From assembly GCA_040954595.2 (NCBI GenBank), contig CM082585.2:4675358-4739357 (forward strand): a stretch of 64,000 nt of DNA. Direction: 5' to 3'. The stretch comes from Balanoglossus misakiensis (lineage: Eukaryota; Animalia; Hemichordata). Below the pieces are notes generated by a model. It ran no database searches and was not told where the DNA came from. It worked only from the letters and a program-made list of their open reading frames with translations. How positions within the stretch are numbered: the stretch's first letter is position 1; each line of letters begins with the position of its first letter. A program made the position numbers and the translations under genes. Shown piece after piece: positions 39,797 to 64,000 of this stretch.

Positions 39797-40656
39797 TTAA
39801 TGGACCTCCAAAGTGCTTCAGGGTGACAAGTGAAAGTTACTGTGGTTTGATTTTTAGAACACGATTATTTCTCTGCAACATAATCTTATGCAACTCTGTT
39901 CTGTCAGTAACAATGGCTTTACCCCAGGGTCACAATGTCATTCTTATGAAATGATATGCATGACATGAAATTTAACATTTTCAAAGATTCAACATGTTCA
40001 AGAATATCAGGATCTATGGACTCTTGCATGATGACTATTCATAGACATTTTCACTCAATAATATCATACAACCCTGTCTCGTGTCATTTAAATTCTCGTT
40101 GTTCATCATCATGTGATACCTTTGGCATTTGAAGTTATATTCGTGACTGGAAAATTACTTCTAAAACGTGACATGTTAAGTATGTTGGCAAATGGTGTTT
40201 GATGCAGGTTTATGCAAGTGATAATCATGTTATGACAAGCTGACTGGCATTGCACGATGTCGTGTTACGCCAAACAAAATCATCATCTGATGTTCAGTTT
40301 TCTTTATCTTGCCCTGTGTCGGTTTCCTGTGGTCTGCATGTGTGACAAGTTTCCTGTATTTTATTAATGAAGTTCCTGTCTCTTTTAGATTAACAGTGGA
40401 CAGTTGTCATGCTGGTAGCCCGTAATCTTTAGAAGAAGCAAACTCTGGCATGTTTTCCACGGAAATGCCTGATTGCAATTGATGTTGTCCGTTCTGTCAT
40501 CTCTTTTCACTGTTTCTATTTTACAATTCAAAAGGAACGATATTATACTAGGACGTCTGGCGACATTTGGCAAATGCGTTCGTAAAATGGTGAGTTTTTT
40601 TCATATTTCCTTTTTTTTTATTTGGAGGATATTTCCACATGATCATGCTTGTTTAA

Positions 40657-40896
40657 AGGGACAAATTTTCTCTCTCGCTGCCCTTTTTCCATTAATTATT
40701 TTTGATACAGATGATAAGAGTAAATCAACCATTTATTCATTTTGGGCAAGTTTTTACTCTCATATACAAGCGGGATGGAAGTTGTGTGTGTGGTTGAACG
40801 TTCTTACACTACAAATACACATGTACATTAAAGTAAACGGTGTCTTGTATCAAACATAATTAAAGGGAAAGGGGCAGCGATAGAGACTTTGTCCCT
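40657..40896. mobile_element. Foldback MITE family C, internally deleted
   Basis: TTAA|AGGGACAAA...CTTTGTCCCT|TTAA. Confidence 0.8.
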
Positions 40897-41250
40897 TTAA
40901 CACTGCACTGTTATTGTGCAAAGTTTGCTGATTCACTGTAGAAAACAATGACCATCTGCCCCTTGTGAAAAAATACTGACTGACAGTGAACAAAATTATC
41001 TAAGCTGGTATGATCCCACCCCTTTCCTGCAGTCCCCAACATCATGACCTCTCATACCAATGTCACAGACACATGCATGACCACGTGACTGCTGTATGAG
41101 GGTCAGTGCATAATGAGTCAGCATATTCAATGTTTTAATTATACAATGTATATGTTTCAAGGGTTCTACTAGTAACCCTAACTTTTGGCCATTTTATCAG
41201 AATTTTTCTCTTGTGTATCAACTCCGGTTTCAGGATAGCTTTATGAAATA

Positions 41251-41458
41251 CTGTAAAACACTTTATTTTCGCGAGCAATTAATTTTCACCAAATACGCGA
41301 GAGCCAAAATAGCGTGAAAATTAAAATTGTGTAAATTGTTTTTGAAGATAACGATGCAGTGAATGAAATATAAGAGAACGCAAAGTTAATACTCGCGAAA
41401 CAGTGGCCTTTCTCAATATCGTGAAAAATTTAACTTGCGAAAATAAAGTGTTTTACAG
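41251..41458. mobile_element. ~210-bp TA-flanked MITE family T (CTGTAAAAC...GTTTTACAG, rich in TTCGCG/CGCGAA)
   Basis: TIR CTGTAAAACACTTTATTTTCGC; further copies at ~47314-47503, 51337-51552, 57317-57614 and ~57759-57960, degraded copies at ~47750-47945, ~50300-50420 and ~56096-56230. Confidence 0.8.
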
Positions 41459-42585
41459 CATTCAATATTTAGCTTCTATTCAAAGCCGGTACATGTATAT
41501 GAGTTACAGTCATATTGTTATTGCTGACAATTGAATTTAAATCTAGACTTTTGAAAAATAACACTATTGTCAAAAGGGCTGTATTGTTATGCCTAAATCT
41601 GATTTTAATCAGATTGGCCTCCTATGTGCTCCCAACTTCCGCTGTAAACTTTGATAGTTGTATAGTTGGACTGACTTTCCTTCTTATACTATACCGAGAA
41701 AAAGAAATACTGTTACTGAGCAATTCTTTATGATTTACAGAGTTCGGTAGAACAAGAAAGTACAGTTGACACCAAAAACAATAATACAGAGGAAAATAAC
41801 AAAAAATTTGGAGCTACAAGAGCTTTAATGAGATTTCCTGCAGTCAAATTGTGAAATTGTTGAAACACACATGTGTTGTCTGCATGTGCTAGTAACGCTG
41901 TTTACCTAATATCCAAACATACATATCATCAAGTTCACTTAACAATTATTATGGTAATGTATTTGCTAATCATCCTCATCAGTAATAGTTAGACCCTCAA
42001 GGTGTGAATTGTACCAGTAGAAAGGAGAGAGTATTCTAAATTTGAATAGAGTTACGCTTTATTTTATTGCAGGTTAGTGCGTTCACGTTCATGTCAGTGT
42101 GGACTAGAGTCACGGTGATTGAACAGGCACAATTTCACAACAGGCAGGTACTGACTGTGTGTGTGTGTGTCTTAGTGTCTGTGTCTGTGTGTACATATGG
42201 TTTGTGGGCTGTGTTTAATTTGGGGATATGTGTGTTCCAATACAAGTTTGTTTGTAAGAAAACATCGCTACAGAGAGAAAGAGACTGACAATGCATGCTA
42301 TAGTATCTATGTTACAATATAATTTACCAAATTGGTCCATGGAATACAGAGTTGATGAAGTGGTCTCGTAAATTGTGACTGCAGACTTGAATACAAATTT
42401 TGCATTGAATAACATTATGCTGACTGTACATGTACAGTGAAACCTGTCTATTAAGAGAGAAAGACATTATACTGTGGTTGATATATACACAGATCCTAAA
42501 TACTGACAAAAAGTCTTAACCAAAGTGCATGGAAAACAATGAAAGCTTTGGATAAGTTTGTGTATTGTATTAATGGTAGCAGTAG

Positions 42586-42617
<32 letters not shown>
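42586..42617. repeat. (GAT)n microsatellite
   Basis: About 10 GAT units just upstream of the first ABCC coding exon. Confidence 0.9.
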
Positions 42618-42675
42618 CCAAACTGGATGTTATCTGTTGTCTATGTTTGGTGCAGGTATGATAATCTGAAGAATT

Positions 42676-60723
<18,048 letters not shown>

Positions 60724-62214
60724 AGTGATATTTTTTAGTAACATATCAAGGACGTTTCTGTTATTTGATATTTTTAAAGATTATCTTTCGCGGATACTAA
60801 GAAAGATAAGTATGGCAATCTTTTGTGAAGTGCTGAGATGCAGTCTTCAAAATGATGTTATTTATTGACATATTAGGGACAATTCTGTTATTTGATATTT
60901 TTGAAGATTTTTTTTTCGAGCATTGTTCAGAAAATGGTGAGGTGTCACTCTGTTGTAAGAGTGCAAATGGATATTTTTATGGTGTACATATCTTGACAGG
61001 TTTGTTGTAAGCTGTGCTTCCCCTAACACAAGTATCATGTCTGTAGAAACACATGATAAGTATCACTCAGGAATTAAGAATTATACATTTCCATGTATAG
61101 GTAGCTATAAATTTTGAAGTTAGAAAGTTTCAATATTTAAAAGTACAAAGCTATAAAACCACTGATTGTTTTATATATATGCACTGATCGATTGTATTTA
61201 CGGAGAAAAAAAAAATTCAACTTTGAGAAAGTTTAGAATAAAAGGCTTGAACTGGGATGCATGATATAAAAGGAATAAACCAAGATTATCCTCAATAGTA
61301 AATAGGCTGTTCACTTGCTACTTTTTCAGTTGGGGAGGGGGGGGGGGGGTCCTACATATATTGTGGAAAATGCTGAGTCAGCACTTTTCTCACACTCAAC
61401 GCTATAGTTTTTCCTATGGTGAAAATATTTGAACAGTTCTATCATAAAATCAATTGCGGTGACATAATGTTTTCTATAATTCATTTAATAATATTCCTCT
61501 TTTGGCACTTTTCATAAAATAACAATATAGTAACATTGTTTTCTCAACATTCTACGTGTAAGGCTGTGGAATGTGATAACCATGCACTGCATGTCGGTTG
61601 TCACCTACATTAATTGGCTCTCTTCTAGCCTATATCCCATGAATAAACATTAATTAAAAGTTTTTTGGTCACCTCTTATTTACAGATGCCTTATTTCCAT
61701 TATATTACCAACAAACTCAAGAAAACCGTCAAAATTTACGAAAATGTCCCATGCAAAAGACTATAGGAGCCCCGGAACTTTTGTTACACAAAATGTTGTA
61801 TTCACTAACTGTTTGTTAATATTCAGATATACGGGCATGTAAACAAACCATTACTGAGTATTTGTGGTCAGTGACGTCGTTCATGTCGACCAATTAAAAT
61901 GCGACACACAGGCCATGGTAATATAATTTGCAATAATACGTGAATGGTTTGAGTTTCTCAAATAGAAAATTAAGCTACCCTTATCAAATTTGTGGTCTCC
62001 CACCCTGTCACATGGTTCCAACTCTGGATGAATCTTTCATGGACAGTCAGTCATGAAACATTTCTTTTTTAGAGTGTCATTTAAACCATGCACACAATCA
62101 AATGTTTTCTCTTGCTGCAAAGAGTGTGCAAATAGTCAATTCTTTTGGGTGAATGGCCACTACAGATACAATCAAGAGTTTTATTATATTCTGCATAAAT
62201 AACAATTCCAAAAA

Positions 62215-63540
62215 CTAACATACAAAACATGGTAAATTCCACCGTGACTTCTACAGGTTAATTCTCATTAACAACCAAACATTTATCTGTTTGTTTGTTT
62301 GTTTGTTTGTATAAGGAAACCTCACATTACATTTCAATTTATGTGACATTTTTCTCATGCTCCTCCTTCATTGCTTACAGTATGGAGACACACATTTGCA
62401 CTCTGCAGCAAGGTTTGGTGATGAAGGCCGTGTCAGATTGTTATTGGAACACAAAGCTGATGTATACCATACAAAACAAGGTAAATACCAACCTGACTTC
62501 TACAGGTTATTACTACTCAACACAATCATAAACATTTGTTTGTTTGTTTGTTTATTTATTTGCTTTGTTTAAAGGAAATCTCACATTACATTTCAATTTT
62601 TGTGATATTGTTCTCATGCTCCTCCTTCATTACTTACAGTATGGAGACACACCTTTGCACTCTGCAGCAAGGTTTGGTGATGAAGGCCGTGTCAGATTGT
62701 TATTGGAACACAAAGCTGATGCTAACATACGAAACAGGGTAAATTCCACCATGACTTCTACAGGTTATTGCTACTCAACACAATCATAAACATTTGTTTG
62801 TTTGTTTGTTTATTTATTTGCTTTGTTTAAAGGAAATCTCACATTACATTTCAATTTTTGTGATATTGTTCTCATGCTCCTCCTTCATTACTTACAGTAT
62901 GGAGACACACCTTTGCACTCTGCAGCAAGGTTTGGTGATGAAGGCCGTGTCAGTTTGTTATTGGAACACAAAGCTGATGCTAACATACAAAACAAGGTAA
63001 ATACCAACCTGACTTCTACAGGTTATTGCTACTCAACACAATCATAAACATTTGTTTGTTTGTTTGTTTATTTATTTGCTTTGTTTAAAGGAAATCTCAC
63101 ATTACATTTCAATTTTTGTGATATTGTTCTCATGCTCCTCCTTCATTACTTACAGTATGGAGACACACCTTTGCACTCTGCAGCAAGGTTTGGTGATGAA
63201 GGCCGTGTCAGATTGTTATTGGAACACAAAGCTGATGCTAACATACGAAACAGGGTAAATTCCACCATGACTTCTACAGGTTAATTCTATCAGTGTGGAA
63301 AGATTTGTTTGTTTGTTTGTTTGTTTGTTTATTTGTTTAAGGGAACCTACCTTACATTTCATTTTTTGTGACATTGTTCTCATGCTCCTCCTTCATTTAT
63401 ACTTACAGAATGGAAACACACCTTTGCACTTGGCAGCAGCAAGGGATGGGGATGAAGGCCGTGTCAGATTGTTATTGGAACACAAAGCTGATGCTAACAT
63501 ACAAAACAAGGTAAATTCCACCATGACTTCTACAGATTAA
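62215..63540 (+). repeat. ~258-bp exon+intron tandem repeat, ~5 units
   Basis: Exon starts at 62381, 62640, 62898, 63156 and 63409; the introns, including a (GTTT)n tract, are near-identical between units. Confidence 0.95.
62381..63510 (+). CDS. Ankyrin-repeat exons, one repeat per phase-0 exon (partial gene or gene fragment)
   Basis: CTTACAG|exon|GTAAAT at 62381-62480 (100 nt), 62640-62738, 62898-62996, 63156-63254 (99 nt each) and 63409-63510 (102 nt). They encode YGDTPLHSAARFGDEGRVRLLLEHKADANI(R/Q)N(R/K), a canonical ankyrin consensus. No convincing first or last exon in the window. Confidence 0.75.
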
Positions 63541-63564
63541 TGTATCAATAAAGAAATATATTTA

Positions 63565-63945
63565 ATTATATTATATCATGCTACCGTCCGCAATTCTGAT
63601 TGGACGAGAGCTTAATCCAGCGATACTAAAATTAAGCAATAAACACCCCCAGCCATGGTATATCACGAGATTTTGACCAGTTCACGACATATACGCACGA
63701 GCGATAGCGAGTGCGTATATGGAGTTGAACTGGTCAAAATCGAGTGGTATACCATGGCTGGGGGTGTTTTATTGCTATTATATTATGCCAGTATATTGAA
63801 ACTTTGCATAAAACATTTTAAAAAGGCATTTTCTTTAACTATGATATATGACTGTGGTATATGGCTAATATATCACGGTCACGTGTCGTGTCTCGACCAA
63901 TCAAATAGCGTGATTTACACCATCAATATACTGGTATAATATAAT
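63565..63945. mobile_element. Foldback element with a central long hairpin
   Basis: Inner arms 63635-63776 (AGCAATAAACACCCCCAGCCATGGTATA / TATACCATGGCTGGGGGTGTTTTATTGCT); outer TGATTGGACGAGA / TCTCGACCAATCA. Confidence 0.7.
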
Positions 63946-64000
63946 ACTCAATAATGCACTGCTGGCAGTGCTAAAACGGGCCCCTGAACTAGCATACGGC

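Noticed and set aside
40480-42150. Possible non-coding 5' exons of the ABCC gene (donor near 40590; exon ~42073-42147)
   Set aside because: Splice-like signals only; cannot be supported without transcripts.
62215-63540. Regularly spaced repeats resembling a CRISPR array
   Set aside because: The whole 258-bp unit repeats, with no unique spacers; it has splice sites and ankyrin coding; the context is eukaryotic.

Overview
Eukaryotic, AT-rich, intron-rich metazoan genomic DNA. The gene and repeat style suggests a marine invertebrate deuterostome, but this is inference only. I assembled exons by hand from splice signals and reading-frame continuity. The window contains six spliced genes and a tandem exon array: SPCS2 (-, 5 exons, one U12 AT-AC intron); IFT81 (+, 13 coding exons, head-to-head with SPCS2); an unnamed SH3 + matrin/U1-type zinc-finger gene (+, 4 exons); CUL3 (-, 20 exons, last intron GC-AG); a Ulp1/SENP-family SUMO protease (+, 8 exons, head-to-head with CUL3, with an apparent N-terminal ubiquitin-like domain, a SIM and a GC-AG intron); an ABCC5-like transporter (+, 22 coding exons, with an apparent frameshift at the start of exon 13); and a very young ~258-bp exon+intron tandem array encoding one ankyrin repeat per phase-0 exon. 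Introns hold many non-autonomous DNA transposons (TTAA-flanked Kolobok-like and piggyBac-like, TA-flanked Tc1/pogo-like, and foldback elements). I found no rRNA, tRNA or CRISPR array.
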